Position numbers and translations under genes: made by a program. The notes under the pieces are model-generated. The model saw only the letters and a list, made by a program, of their open reading frames with translations, was not told the DNA's origin and made no database searches. 64,000 nt of DNA from Hyaloraphidium curvatum SAG 235-1 (lineage: Eukaryota > Fungi > Monoblepharomycota): assembly GCA_025558095.1 (NCBI GenBank), contig JAIVFI010000004.1, positions 868,001 through 932,000 of the forward strand, in the 5' to 3' direction. Positions 21,787-33,419 of this stretch are shown here, piece after piece; the stretch's first letter is position 1; each line of letters opens with the position of its first letter.

Positions 21787-24117
21787 ATGCCGCGGCGACC
21801 GCAGCGTCCGGCGGCCGCGACCGACCCGACGACGTCGCACACGGCAGCGTCGGCGCGGTACGCGCAGCTCGACGAGCGGCGGGCGGTCCTCGGCGGCCGC
21901 CGCGCGGCGTGGGCCGACGGCTTCTTCGCGGCCGCGCGGGCCGACGGCGCGCTCCGCGTGTGGGATTCCGCGAAATCCGACGGCGTGCCGAATGACGTCG
22001 ACGTCGCGGGGCGCGGGAACGCCGGCGAGATCACGGCGGTGGCCGGCGGGCAGGGCGGGGGCGCCGAGGGGAGGAAGAAGAAGCGGCGCAAGTCGTCGTC
22101 CTCGCAGGCCCCGCCGCGGACCCTGTTTGCGATCGGCACGGCGTCGGGTGCCGTCCTGCTGTACGATCCCGCGGCGGCATTGATCGCGGGGGAGGCGGCG
22201 GCGCCGGCCGGCCCCGTGCTCGCCCTGTGCTTCGCGCCCGACAACGCCCTGCTGGCCGTCGATGCCGCCGGCAACGTGTCGGAATGGGACCTGGAGAAGC
22301 TGCTTTCCGGCTCGAAGATCGGCGCCGGGGACGCCGACGCCATGGACGTGGACGGCAGGGCCGGCAAGGAACCCGGACGGTCCTTCCGCCCCACCTTGGG
22401 CGCCGCTTCGGACACGGGCACCGCGCTGCGGTCGGCCACGGTGCTGGTCGTCGGGGAGGGCGATTCGAAACACCTGTTTGTATCGCACAACGCCCAGCTG
22501 GGCCTGTTCTCCCCCGAGGGCGAGCTGGTGAAAAAGTTCCGCGGCGGGCACGCCGAAGCCGTGTCCTTCACCGCGGCAGGGGAAGTCGGCGGCGTGCTGG
22601 TCGCCGCCACGCTGGCGGAGGACGAGATGGCGGCGAATTTGTGGTCTCTGGATCCCGCAGGGTCTGTGGACGCCTTGGCCAGTTGGTATCGCGCGGCACC
22701 GCATTGGTTTCAGGTTCCTGACCTTCCTCACGTTCTCAGCCGTCGCTTTGCCGAATCAGCCGCTGCAGGCCACCTTCCTGGACGCCAGCCTCCTCCTGAC
22801 CACCTCGACGGGCCCGCTCCACATAGCCGCCCTGCCCGACGACCTCGCGAAATCGGCCAAGAAAAAGGGCGCGCGCAAGCTGCCCGATCCTCCCGCCCTG
22901 CGCTTCCTTGGCGACGGCGAGACGGACGAGGAGAGGGTGCTGCCGGTGCTGGCCGTGGTGCCGCGCGGCGAGTCGCTGCTCACCGCCCGCGGCGCCCTGA
23001 TCAGGCCCCGGTTCGAGGCTTTGCCCGCAGAGGACCTTGACGCGGAGGAATCGACGGACCTGGAGCGCCCCGGCGAATCCATGCGCGCGCTGCTGTCCGC
23101 CGGCGGCGCCGCCGGCCCGGCAAAGAAGAAGCGCGCCGCGGCGGAGCCCACGATCCTCTCGGGGCCCGAACCAATCGACCTGCCGGCCGCCACCGCGGGC
23201 TCGGACCCGTACGCCGAGCCCGACTCGGACGGCGAGCCCGCGCCCGCGCGCCCGGACCCCAAGGACCCGGCCAACCTCCCCCTCGGGGAACGCCTCGCGC
23301 AGCTGGACCTCGCCCCCGCGCCCGCCAAACCCGCGGCCGCCAAACCCGCGCGGCTGACCGCCCCCACGCTGCTCCCCCTGCTCGTGCAGTCCCTCCGCTC
23401 CTCCGACCCCGCCCTCCTCGACTCGGCACTCTCGCAATCGCACCAGCCCACCATCCGCGCCACCCTCCGGGCGCTGCCCGCGCAGTGGATCCTGTCCCTC
23501 GTCTCGGCGCTCGACTCGCGGATCCGCGCCAGGCCCGCCCGCGCCCGCGCGCTGCTCCCGTGGCTCCGCGCGCTGCTCCTCGCCCACGCCGGGTACCTGG
23601 CCTCGCACCCGGCCGTGGCGTCGCGGCTGGGCGCGCTGGAGGGGCTGCTGAGGGCGAGGGCGGCGGCGGTGGCCGCTCTGGGGGGGCTGGCAGGGAGGTT
23701 GGAGGTGGCGCTGCGTGCGGCCGAGGCGGGCAAGACGGACGACGGCGGGGACGAGGAGGGGATGGCGGTGTACAGGGAAGGGGAGGAGGAGGAGATGGAC
23801 GACGACGAGGAGGGGAGGATGGAGGGGTGGGATGCGGAGGAGGAGGATGCGTTCGCGGAGGTGGGTCACCTGCACGGCGGGGGGGTGTTTGAAAGGAGCG
23901 CTGACTGGGTTTGGTTCAGGTCGCCGGGACGGACGAGGAGTCGGGCGATGGATCCGAGGGGTCGGAATCCGAGTCGGAAGACGGGGGGGACGTGGAGATG
24001 GACGGCGAGAGCGAGGGCTCGTCGGACGAGTCGGGAGGCTCCGAGGAGTCGGATGAGGAGGGGGAAGACGGGGAGGACGGGGAAGAAGGTAGCGATGACG
24101 ATGAGGATGACGATTGA
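21787..24117 (+). CDS. UTP5: WD40 + Utp12/Dip2 domain SSU processome protein (Utp5/WDR43-like)
   Basis: DGALRVWD, AIGTASGAVLLYD; LLVQSLRSSDPALLDSAL...IRATLRALP...WLRALLLAHAGYL...LAGRL; acidic tail; introns ~22685-22739 and ~23861-23919. Confidence 0.82.
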
Positions 24118-24273
24118 AATACAGTGGGCTTAAGGATGCATCAGGGGTACGAAGCGCGAGTCCGAGACAGTGTCCTGCACTTGAGTCAGCGAACGAATGG
24201 AATTCGAAACAGCATAATCCAGCAATACATAGAGCCTTTTCATTCAAAATGCATCAGGTGATTGGGGGCTTTG

Positions 24274-25782
24274 CTACAGTCCGAGCAGGGCGGAGGCAAC
24301 CACAGCAAGCAACGGCGCCGCTGCCAGCGGCGCCTTGGACCTGCCACTCCGTTCCGCGGACGAGTAGGTCGGCGTCGGCTCCGGCGGCCTGGTGTAGCAC
24401 GTCGTCGGCTGCATCTTCGTCGGCTCAGACGTCGCCTTCGGGGGGACAACGCCCCCGACGCGGTCGGAAAACAGCTTGGCGAGCACGGGGAAGGATGTGC
24501 CCGAGCCGTACTTGTTCTGCGGCCCCTCGTGGTCCCTCCCGCGGAGGTACGTCACGTGCGGCCCGCCTTCGCCCTCGGTGCCGACGTAGGCCAGGCAGCC
24601 TGGCGGCCAGTTGAAGGTGCGGCTGAGCGTGACCGAGCCGAGGAGCTGCCCTAGGCGGTCCGGGAAGAGGGAGAGGGCGGAGATCTGGCCGTGCGAGGCC
24701 AGGATGAAGTACGGCTCGTCGCGGGGGGCGACGGCGCCGCCGCCCCAGTACAGGCCCGGCTGCGGGAAGGTGAAGTCGGTCCGGTTTAGGACGTGGAGGT
24801 CGAGCGCGTCGAGCACCGTCAGCTTCAGGGGTCCAACGTTCGTGGGGAAGCCCTCGAACGAGAGGACCGCGAGCCGCGGGGCGCCCGTCCCGGGGTCGCG
24901 GAAGAGGAAGGCGTCGTGGATCCGGTCGGCCCCGGACGGCGTGCCGGCGTCGAACTGCGCGTGGGCAAGGAGCTTCCCGGTGGAGGCATCGAAACGCAGG
25001 GCAAAGATATCGTCCATCCCCACGGGCGTGCCGAGGTCCGAGGCCGGATCCGCTCCGTTGTACACGAGGCCGACGGCCATCGGGCCGACCTCGTCCGAGT
25101 AGAGGAGCTTGCGGGTGTGGAGCATCCTCGCGGATTCCTTGGGGAGAAGGGGCCGGAGGAGCGGGATCTGGAACGCAGTGCGCCACGCCTCGTTGGGGCA
25201 GCCGCCGTCGTAGCGGAGCATGTAGCTTCCGGGCCCATCGCCCTCGCCCACGTCCGTTGCGAACCATCCTCTGTCGTAAATCAGGAACCTTGTGGTCCGG
25301 GATCCGGATACGATTCCCGCGAAGGAGCCGCCGGGGGATGTCGCCGGGGCACCGATTGGGCGCGAGCCCTGGGAGTTGCCGGAAGGGTTGCTGGGCAGCA
25401 CCTTGTCGGTACCGACGAGCCAGAGCGGGGACTCCTCGTCGGCGAAATTGCACGCCGCCACGTCGGGGAGCAGCCAGCTCTGCGAGCCGCGGAGTTTGAA
25501 GCTGCGCACACCCGACGCCGCGACGGAGCCGTCGGCGGCGGCGATGTCGTCCTCGGCCGTCGCGGCGCCGGGTTCGCCGTTCAGGGCGACTGCGCCGACG
25601 GCCGCGATGCGGCCCGCGATGCCTTGCGGCGGCGTGCACGGCGCGAGCGCGTCGAAGCCAAACTCGGGGGCGGTGTAGTTGCGGACAAACGCCACGCGGA
25701 GGCCGACGGTGGCCGCCGTCGCCGGCATCGCCGCCAGCAGAAGGACGGAGAGGGTCGCCAGCCCTGCAGATTCGCGATGCAT
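24274..25782 (-). CDS. Secreted/cell-surface protein, probable beta-rich fold, GPI-like C-terminus
   Basis: Signal MHRESAGLATLSVLLLAAMPATAA; Pro/Thr linker followed by a hydrophobic C-terminus APLAAAPLLAVVASALLGL; intronless. Confidence 0.7.
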   Translation of the reverse strand: MHRESAGLATLSVLLLAAMPATAATVGLRVAFVRNYTAPEFGFDALAPCTPPQGIAGRIAAVGAVALNGEPGAATAEDDIAAADGSVAASGVRSFKLRGSQSWLLPDVAACNFADEESPLWLVGTDKVLPSNPSGNSQGSRPIGAPATSPGGSFAGIVSGSRTTRFLIYDRGWFATDVGEGDGPGSYMLRYDGGCPNEAWRTAFQIPLLRPLLPKESARMLHTRKLLYSDEVGPMAVGLVYNGADPASDLGTPVGMDDIFALRFDASTGKLLAHAQFDAGTPSGADRIHDAFLFRDPGTGAPRLAVLSFEGFPTNVGPLKLTVLDALDLHVLNRTDFTFPQPGLYWGGGAVAPRDEPYFILASHGQISALSLFPDRLGQLLGSVTLSRTFNWPPGCLAYVGTEGEGGPHVTYLRGRDHEGPQNKYGSGTSFPVLAKLFSDRVGGVVPPKATSEPTKMQPTTCYTRPPEPTPTYSSAERSGRSKAPLAAAPLLAVVASALLGL

Positions 25783-26056
25783 AACAGAGATTCTCGTGGT
25801 GAGGTGCAAGAATGCCGTGTGACTCCGTGACTCCGTGTCCCATGCCTTTCGAGCACAGCCCCCCCCCCCCAGCCGCAGAGACCGGTTCGACCCGGCAGGA
25901 TGCATCACGAGCCTGTGGAGGAGAGCCGCAGTGAGCTGGAAGCTGGTGGTGCTATGGACGGCGGGGATGGCGTTTCGGCAGGTTGCTGGCTGCGTCGTGC
26001 ACGACTGCCGATGAGGTGAATGATGCGCTCTCATGGGTGGAAATGACCGCCACATC

Positions 26057-27161
26057 TCATTCCCACTCCATCTCCCTGCTCCTCACGGGCTTGCTTCCCA
26101 CGCCGCGCTCGAAGCCGTTCCACATCTTCACCTCCGCGGCCACCCTGTCCTGATAGCCGACTTCTTCGCCATCGACCCCCGCGCCGTACCCGCGCCCCAA
26201 ATAGTACCCCAAGTCCGGCGAGCCGATCATTTCGTCCCACTCTTCGACGCGGACCCAGGCAAGCCGGCCCAGAGATCTGCGGAGGTCGGCCAGCTCCCCG
26301 GGGCCGAAAACGCCGGTGATTCCCATGCACTCCACCTCGAGCACGCGCAGGTTCGGTGGGAGGCCGTCGGCCAGGAAGCTGGAGGCGAAATCGCGCAGGT
26401 AGAGCTCCTCGAGGTTCTCGCATTCGCACAGGGCCAGCCAGGTGCCGCGGGGTATCCCCTGCAGATGCCTCTGCCGCACCACCGTCGGATCGAAGGCGCC
26501 CGTATTCAGCAGGTTGAGGAGATCGGTGTGCTTGTTGGATTCCCAGACCTTGATCTTGCGGAGGAAGTCGTGCGAGAGGCGGTGGAAATGCGAGGGTTCA
26601 TCGTCAAGATCGGAGTAAACCATGTGGTCGGCCTAGCGCTCCACGCGCTGTAGTGCCGGACAGGCGCGGTCGAGGGAATTCACGACGGGAACTTTCGCCA
26701 GCCCGCGCAAGATGAGCGTGCGGAGCGAAGGCATCACGAATCGTTGCGGAGAGAACCCCCGTAGAGGTGGTCCGGGGAAGCGGAAGAAAACTCGACGTCC
26801 AGAAAGACCAGATGATCGAGCCTGAGCCCGTCGAAGAGGGCGGTAGTTCGGTGTCCGGGTTCAGCGCCTGCACCGAGAGCACCTTCCGGTCGTGCGGGAG
26901 CAGGAGCGAATGGTAGGCGCGGCACGCCAACATGAGCTCCACAAGACTCCACGTTTCGGGCCGGAGGAACTCCCCGATTCGCAGGACGAGCTCGGGAGGG
27001 AAGGTGGGACCGTCGTCGCAGTCCGAGCCCGCGGAGGTGGGCGCCGTGCGAACGCGGGATCTGAGCCGGGCGCGGAGCTCCGCATTCTCTTTGCGCAGTT
27101 GCGCGTTCTCAAGCCGGAGGCGTTCGAGCTCTGCCGCGTCCGACGGGGAGAGCGTGTTCAT
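26057..27161 (-). pseudogene. Disrupted coiled-coil/F-box/LRR-like gene (family B)
   Basis: ELERLRLENAQLRK...GPTFPPELVLRIGEFL matches the 47097 gene, but homology continues only across frameshifts (~26850, ~26735) and an in-frame TAG at 26633-26635. Confidence 0.65.
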
Positions 27162-27342
27162 CTTTGAAGAGTAGGTCCGTCGCGAGCGCCAGCAGGCAGC
27201 TCCAGACCGACTCTTTTGACCCCACAGACAAATCACTGCTCACACAGTGCATTGCAAATATCTAGGTACAAATGGACGTTTCCATGACCAAGTCCTCAGC
27301 ATTCCACGCGGCTCAACGGCACTCCACCATCGCGATCTGCAT

Positions 27343-30300
27343 TTACGGGTTCGCGTTCTCCGGCTCCTCGGGCACCTCCAGGAAGTCGAGCTCCGAGAGG
27401 TAGAGCCCGCTCGTGATGGTGATGTTGTAAAAGTCGACGGCTCCCGGAGCGGTGACCCATCCGAGGGGTTGGGCTGGAGGAGGGGCAAGGTCAGCATCGG
27501 CAACATCCCGAAGCCTGCGCGCTCAAACTCACTCTGCTGCACGCGATAGTTGCCCGGGGGGATCATCGTGAAGTTGTACCACCCCGTCTGAGGGTCCGAT
27601 GCCACGAAGAAGAGCTGCTGCTCGCCGAGGTAGTTGGTCCCCGTGATGGCGATGCCGACGCCGCCGATGGGGATGTCGAGCGGGTCGCCGTCCCACAACC
27701 CGTTCTCGTTCTTGTCGAACCACACGCGCCCGGTGACGCCGCCGTCTTGCAGGGGCGTGGCGGTGGCGGTCCGGCTCGAGGAGGTCCGGGTGAGGCTCGA
27801 CGTGGAAGTGAAGCTCGTCGTGGAGGAGCGGGTGAACGAGGTCGTCGCCGTGCGCGTCGCGGTGGTCGTGACGGTCGAACTGGTCCAGTAGCCCGCATGG
27901 CCGAGCTCGGGGAAGTTGTTGCGCGCGATGCACGCGGCGGTGAGGTCGATGTTGGACACGACGGTGGCCGTGCTGCTGGCCGAGGCGTTGCCGTTGAGGT
28001 AGCCGAACGGCTGGGTCTGCGTGACCGTGTACGTCCCGGGCTTGAGGCCGTTGAAGTAGTACATGCCATTGACGTTGATTCTGTTGCTGCCGCAGCTGAG
28101 GTCCAGGCACAACGAGTTTGTGCAGAAGGTGTTGGAGCCGCAGGATCCAGAGCTGCAGCTGTAGCTGTTCATGGTCCGCGAGACTGCAGCCCCGTTGACG
28201 TCCGTGCCCGTGAGGGTGAACACGACGTTCGAGATTCCGACCTCCGTAACGGGATTAAAGATGTCGTCGGTCGGGGAGATGTCGACGAACGTGCGGCCCG
28301 AGACCACGAGGTTGGTGGCCGCGCCCGACGAGATGGCGTCCGAGTCGCAGGTCAGGCCCCACCACTGGAAGGGCACGCTGTTGGGCCCGCGCACGGCCAC
28401 GGTAGTCGTCGACTGCAGCACGCTGTTCTGGGCGTTTTTGAAGCCCGACGGGTTGATCTTGGTGATGGTGTAGTCGCCCGCGTCCACGTTGGCGAAGGCG
28501 TAAGCGCCCGTGCAATCCGTCACGGCCTGCGTGGAAACCGCCACGCCGAAGAGGTTGGTGCCCGTTGCCTGGATCGTGACGGATCGGATGGGCTGCTCGC
28601 CGTTGGTGAAGGCGCCGTTGTCATCGGCATCGAAGTAGACCCTGCCCGTGATCGAGGCCCGCGCAAACGTCGTCGTGCTCGTGGTGCGCGAGGTGGTGCT
28701 CTGCGTGGTCGTCCGCGTGCGCGTGCGGGTCCAGGTGACGAGCTCGCCAAAGTTGTAGTCCAGGTCGAGCGTCCCGCCGACGACGATGATGTTGGAGATG
28801 AGCGTGCCGGGCCCCAGCGAGTCGAACGTGCCGCTGGGCTGGTACTCGCGCACGGTATAGGTCCCGGGGCGCAGTGCGAGGAAGCGGTAGGTGCCGTTGG
28901 GCCTGGTGATGGCGAGGCGGCTCACGCGCACGCCCTCGGTGGTGTTGCCCGACAGGCGGATAACGGTGCCCGAGATCGGGGTCTCGCCCTCCTGGTAGAC
29001 GCCGTCCTGCGACCAATCGACATAGACGATGCCGCCGATGGCGCCCATGGGGTTCGGGTTGACGTCGGGCTGAAGGAGCGTAAGCGGGAAGTCGTTGCCT
29101 ATTGCGCACAAGGAGATCGGGTCAGCGGAATCCAAGTAGGCGCAATCCAGGCAAAATGCTCACCAGACCACAGGAACTTGGAGTTGGTCACGTTCTCGAG
29201 CCGCGTCTCGTACCAGCCGCTCGCCGGCGGCACCGTGTAGCCCGCCGGCACGTCCCGCTCGACGAGGTACTGCTTGCCCGGGTCGAGCGGCGCGAACAGG
29301 TACTGCCCGAACTCGTCCGTGACGGTCGTTGCCAGGGCGGAGCCGACCTTGTTCCCGTTCCCGTCCGTCTCGAAGATGCGCACGGTGACGTTGGGCACGG
29401 GGAACTTGTCCTCGGTGTAGATGCCGTCGCCCGTCGGCGAGTCGACAAAGACGATGCCCGAGAGCGCGACGGCGACCTCGCCAAAGTCCTGGTTCAGCAG
29501 GACCTGGCTCTCGCCCAGGGTGGGGACGGCGATGACGGTGGCTGGGCCCAGGGGCGAGTTTGCGAAGCCGGCGGGCTGCACCTCGGTGATGGTGTACCCG
29601 CTCGTGGTGCCGCGGAGGTCGCCAAAGGCGTACAGGCCGGAAGGGTCGGTGGTGGTGGTCAGGTTGACGGATTCGCCGCGCGAATTGGTGCCGGTGAGGG
29701 AGAGCGTGACGTTTGACAGGCCGAGCTCGCCGTCGTCCCAGACGCCGTTGGAGTTGCTGTCGATGTAGACGCGGCCGGCGATGAGCGCGTTGGGGCGGAG
29801 GGTCGTCGTCGTGCGGGTCTGCGACCTCGTGCGGGTGGCCGTCGCCTGTAGGGGAGGGGATGCGTCAACCGGGGCGCCACGGCAACCGGAGGGCAAAACA
29901 CATACGCTGCGCGTCGTCGTCAGGGTTTCCGACAGCGTGGTGGTGGGCTCCGCAGTTTGCGTTTGCGACTGCGTTTCGGTCGGCAACTCGACGGTGGTCG
30001 TCTCCGCAGCCTGCGTTTGCGTTTCGGTCGGCAGCTCGGCGGTCTGCGTCGCCGTCCAGGCCGTCCAAGTCGTGGTCACCATGATCTCGCCAAAATCGTT
30101 GTCGAGGTCGGAATCGCCGTCCACCAGCACCTTGGAGAGGATCTGGGTCGCCGGCCCCGCGGGCGAGTCGAGGTACCCGGCCGGCTGCTCCTCGTAGATG
30201 CTGTACGTCCCCGGGCGGAGGTTCGGGAACAGGTAGGTGCCGTCGGCGCCCGTGGTGGTCGTGAGGTTGATCGCCGCGCCGAGGTCGTTGGTGCCGAGCA

Positions 30301-32627
30301 GGTTGATGACGACGCCGGGGATGGCGACCTCGCCGTCGTCCACGCCGTTCAGGTTCGCGTCAACGTACACTCGGCCGCCGATCTCGGCGCTGGGGTCCGT
30401 GGGCGTGGGGGGGACGTAGCCGTCGGGCTGCTGGCACGACTTGCCGACGATCGAGGCGTGGATCTGCACGTAGTACCCGCCGGGGCACGAGGGGAAGCTG
30501 CCGGAGGAGGAGACGACGAAGGGCGAGCCGCCGTTGCCGGCCGCGACTATGGGGTACTGGCCGGGCGCCGTGTTGCCGACGGGCTGTGCGGTGGGGCGGG
30601 TGAGCACGAATGCATGCATGCGCGCAGGGGGGGCGGGACGCACCTTGGTGCACGAGTAGAGCACGTGGCCGTCGGTGATGTTGTTGCCGGTGAAGGGCGC
30701 AAAGGTGACCTCGATGCCCGTCCCGGTCAGGCCGATGTAGGCGGACGCCATGAGCTCGCCGCAGTTCTTGCCCCCGGCGGCCGCGCCCGTCCCGGGCCGC
30801 GCGCAGGTCGAGTTGTCGCCCCGCGCAAACGCCGAGGCGCCGACGGCGAAGAGGGAAGAGTAGTTGCCGGGCTGGATGGGACCAATGATGATGCCCCAGC
30901 GGGTGGCGTCGGACGGGCTGTAGGGCTGCCCGGGGGACCAGGCGAAGCCGGTGCCGCCCGAGCCGGCACAGGGTACCACAGGGGTCGGGGTGGGGGTGGC
31001 GTCGGGGTAGCCGCAGCCGTAGGTGGCCGAGGGTTGGGCCGAGACGAAGCACTTGCCGTAGCCCAGCTGGCATCCGGCGCCGCACCAGGCTTCACCCGAG
31101 TTGCCGCCGTCGTCTGCAAAGGGGGCGGGGTCAGCCCGTGCATGCGGCGCGCATGCGATGCAACGCACCCTGGCAGAAGCCTGCTTCGGAGCAGCAGACA
31201 CCGCGCCTGCACCGCTTGCCGTTCTTGGTCCCGCAGCACCCGTCCACCGACACCTCGTAGTTCTGGCACGCCAGGTACACCGGCGTCCCCGCGCTCACGC
31301 TGGCGCGCATCCCCGTGACCGTGGTGCGGCTCCACGTGAGCGTGGTCCTCGTCATGCGGGTGCGCGTGGTGGTGGTGGTGACCTCGGGGGCCGTGTCGGG
31401 GCAGGTGAAGGACTCCTGCACCGGGCCGGAGCCGACGAAGCACTTTCCGTAGCCGAGCTGGCAGCCGGTGCCGCACCAGGGCTCGCCGGAGTTACCGCCG
31501 TCGTCCTGTCGCATGCAAAGTGAGCTAGGGTGCACGGGGGATGCGGGGGTTGCATGCGTACCTGGCACACGCCCCACTGCGAGCAGCACAGGCCGGGCGG
31601 GCACCGCTTGCCGACGTTGGTGCCGCACTTGTAGTTGTCCGAGATGGGGATCCTGGTGCAGGCGTTGTACACGGGTGTGCCGCGGGATACGCGGGTGAGG
31701 GTGTGCGTGGGCTCGGTGCCATCGACCTCGGCCTCGCGGGTGGGGGCCGAGGGCGGGGCGGTGGGGCAGGTGAAGGAGGTCGAGACGGGGCGGCAGCCGA
31801 CGAAGCATTTGCCGTAGCCGAGCTGGCAGCCGCCGCCACACCACGGGATGCCCGAATCGTCGCCGTCGTCCTGGCACCAACCCTGTGCACCGCAATCCGT
31901 CAGAAAGAGCCCGTTGGGCCGACAATGCGCCCGCAACCTACCCATTCCGAGCAGCAGAGCCCCTCGGGGCACTTCTTGCCCCCGCTCTGCACGCCGCAGC
32001 GGCCGTCGGTGGTCACGTCGAGCGTCGGGCAGGCCATGTAGACCGGCACGCTCTTGGACACGGTGGTGAGGGTGTAGGGCGCCGGGCCCGAGGCGGTGGG
32101 GCACACCGAGTCGGGCAGCCGCCGCCTGTTGGCGGGGATGTGGCACTTGCCGTAGCCGATCTGGGCGGGGGGGTCGGGGTCAGCCGCCGGGCGGGGGGGA
32201 CGGCCGTCCGGCCGCGCGGGGGAGGGGGGCCCACCTGGCATCCGGCGCCGCACCAGGCCTCGCCCGAATCGCCTCCATCGTCTTGGCAATAACCCCATTG
32301 AGAGCAGCACTTGTTGTCCGGGCAGCGGGCGCCCCCGTTAAACCGGCCGCAACGCCCCTCAGTCGAAACAGCCAGCGTCGCGCAGGCCGCGACCACCGGC
32401 GTGCCGGCCGACACGGTGGTGACCGGCTGCGGCGCCGCCACATCGCGGTCGGCGTAGGGGCCCTCGGCGGCGAGATCGCCGAAGTCGACGTGCCCGGCCA
32501 GTTGCCGCCGCCTGAGCGAGGGAGCGACCGTCGGCCAGCAGCCGCCCGGCGCCGCGACAGCCTCCCCGATGAGCCCGAATGCCGCAAAGGCCGCCGCGAG
32601 CGCCGCGAGCGAGATCCGCGGGCGCAT
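27343..32627 (-). CDS. Large secreted protein: 4x CBM18 (hevein) + unknown domain + 7x SdrD-B/Cna-B-like repeats with Thr-rich linkers
   Basis: Signal MRPRISLAALAAAFAAFGLIGEAVA; four CG...C...CCS.WG.C...WCG.GCQ.GYGKC modules; seven I-x-G-x-V-Y-x-D-x-N-x-NG...G-x-Y-x-F-x-x-L-x-PG-x-Y...QP-x-G...N-x-FG repeats; the ORFs join through GT-AG introns (e.g. 29099-29163). Confidence 0.88.
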
Positions 32628-33419
32628 CGGCGGTTTTCGTGTGTTTGGTGTGGTGTGGTGTGCAGTGACCGCTCCGCCCAACGCCGAAAGTGATTCCCGC
32701 GTCTAGGGACCAACATTCTAATCGAAGCGTTCGATCTCGGCCACCAGGCGCCGCTGAGCCGCCGGGACACCGCCAGACACCTAAGCAGATTCAAGAGAAA
32801 TCGCAGAGCCGTCCGTGGCCCCCTCGGTGGCCGCCGGCGCCGAGGAAAGAAAGTACCCTCTTTTCCCTTGCCCAAAAAAAGGAAGGGTCCTCCGACGTCC
32901 TCCGATGCCCGCCGTCAGCGCTGCCCGCCGTCCGCTCCGCCTTCTGTACCCTCGATCGCCCTCCCCGGGCCTCCATTTTTTGCTCAAGGGGCCCGCCGAC
33001 CCGCCGCCCGCTCCCGGCGGGGCGATCCGCGGGTGGCCGGTCGGACCAATCGGGCCGCCGAATCGGCCGCGCCGGCAGCACCTCCGCAAGCCTGATCCCG
33101 TCACGCAAGGGTGCGGTGGGATCACTGTCGGTGGGATCGAAGTCGATGGGGGGATCCGGAGTTGGGCGGCCGCGCGCCGGTGGTCCGGGGCCGGGGCATC
33201 GGAGGGCGGGGAAGCCCTGGCGGCCGGCGGGGACCGGCACAGCACGAAGCGCGCACAATTCCACAGCACGAAGCCTGCTGACGTTGCATAGGCCTAGGAA
33301 TGAGCCGGCCGTAGACTGCTTGATGATCCAAGACGATACTCTTTTTGGAAGGGCCCAGTTACGGCACCCCGTCCCATCTCATACGACCTTGGTGGCGTAG
33401 GCGACCGCGGCCGGCATCG

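Noticed and set aside
26633-26635. TAG reassignment
   Set aside because: TAG terminates several intact genes here, and this locus also has frameshifts.
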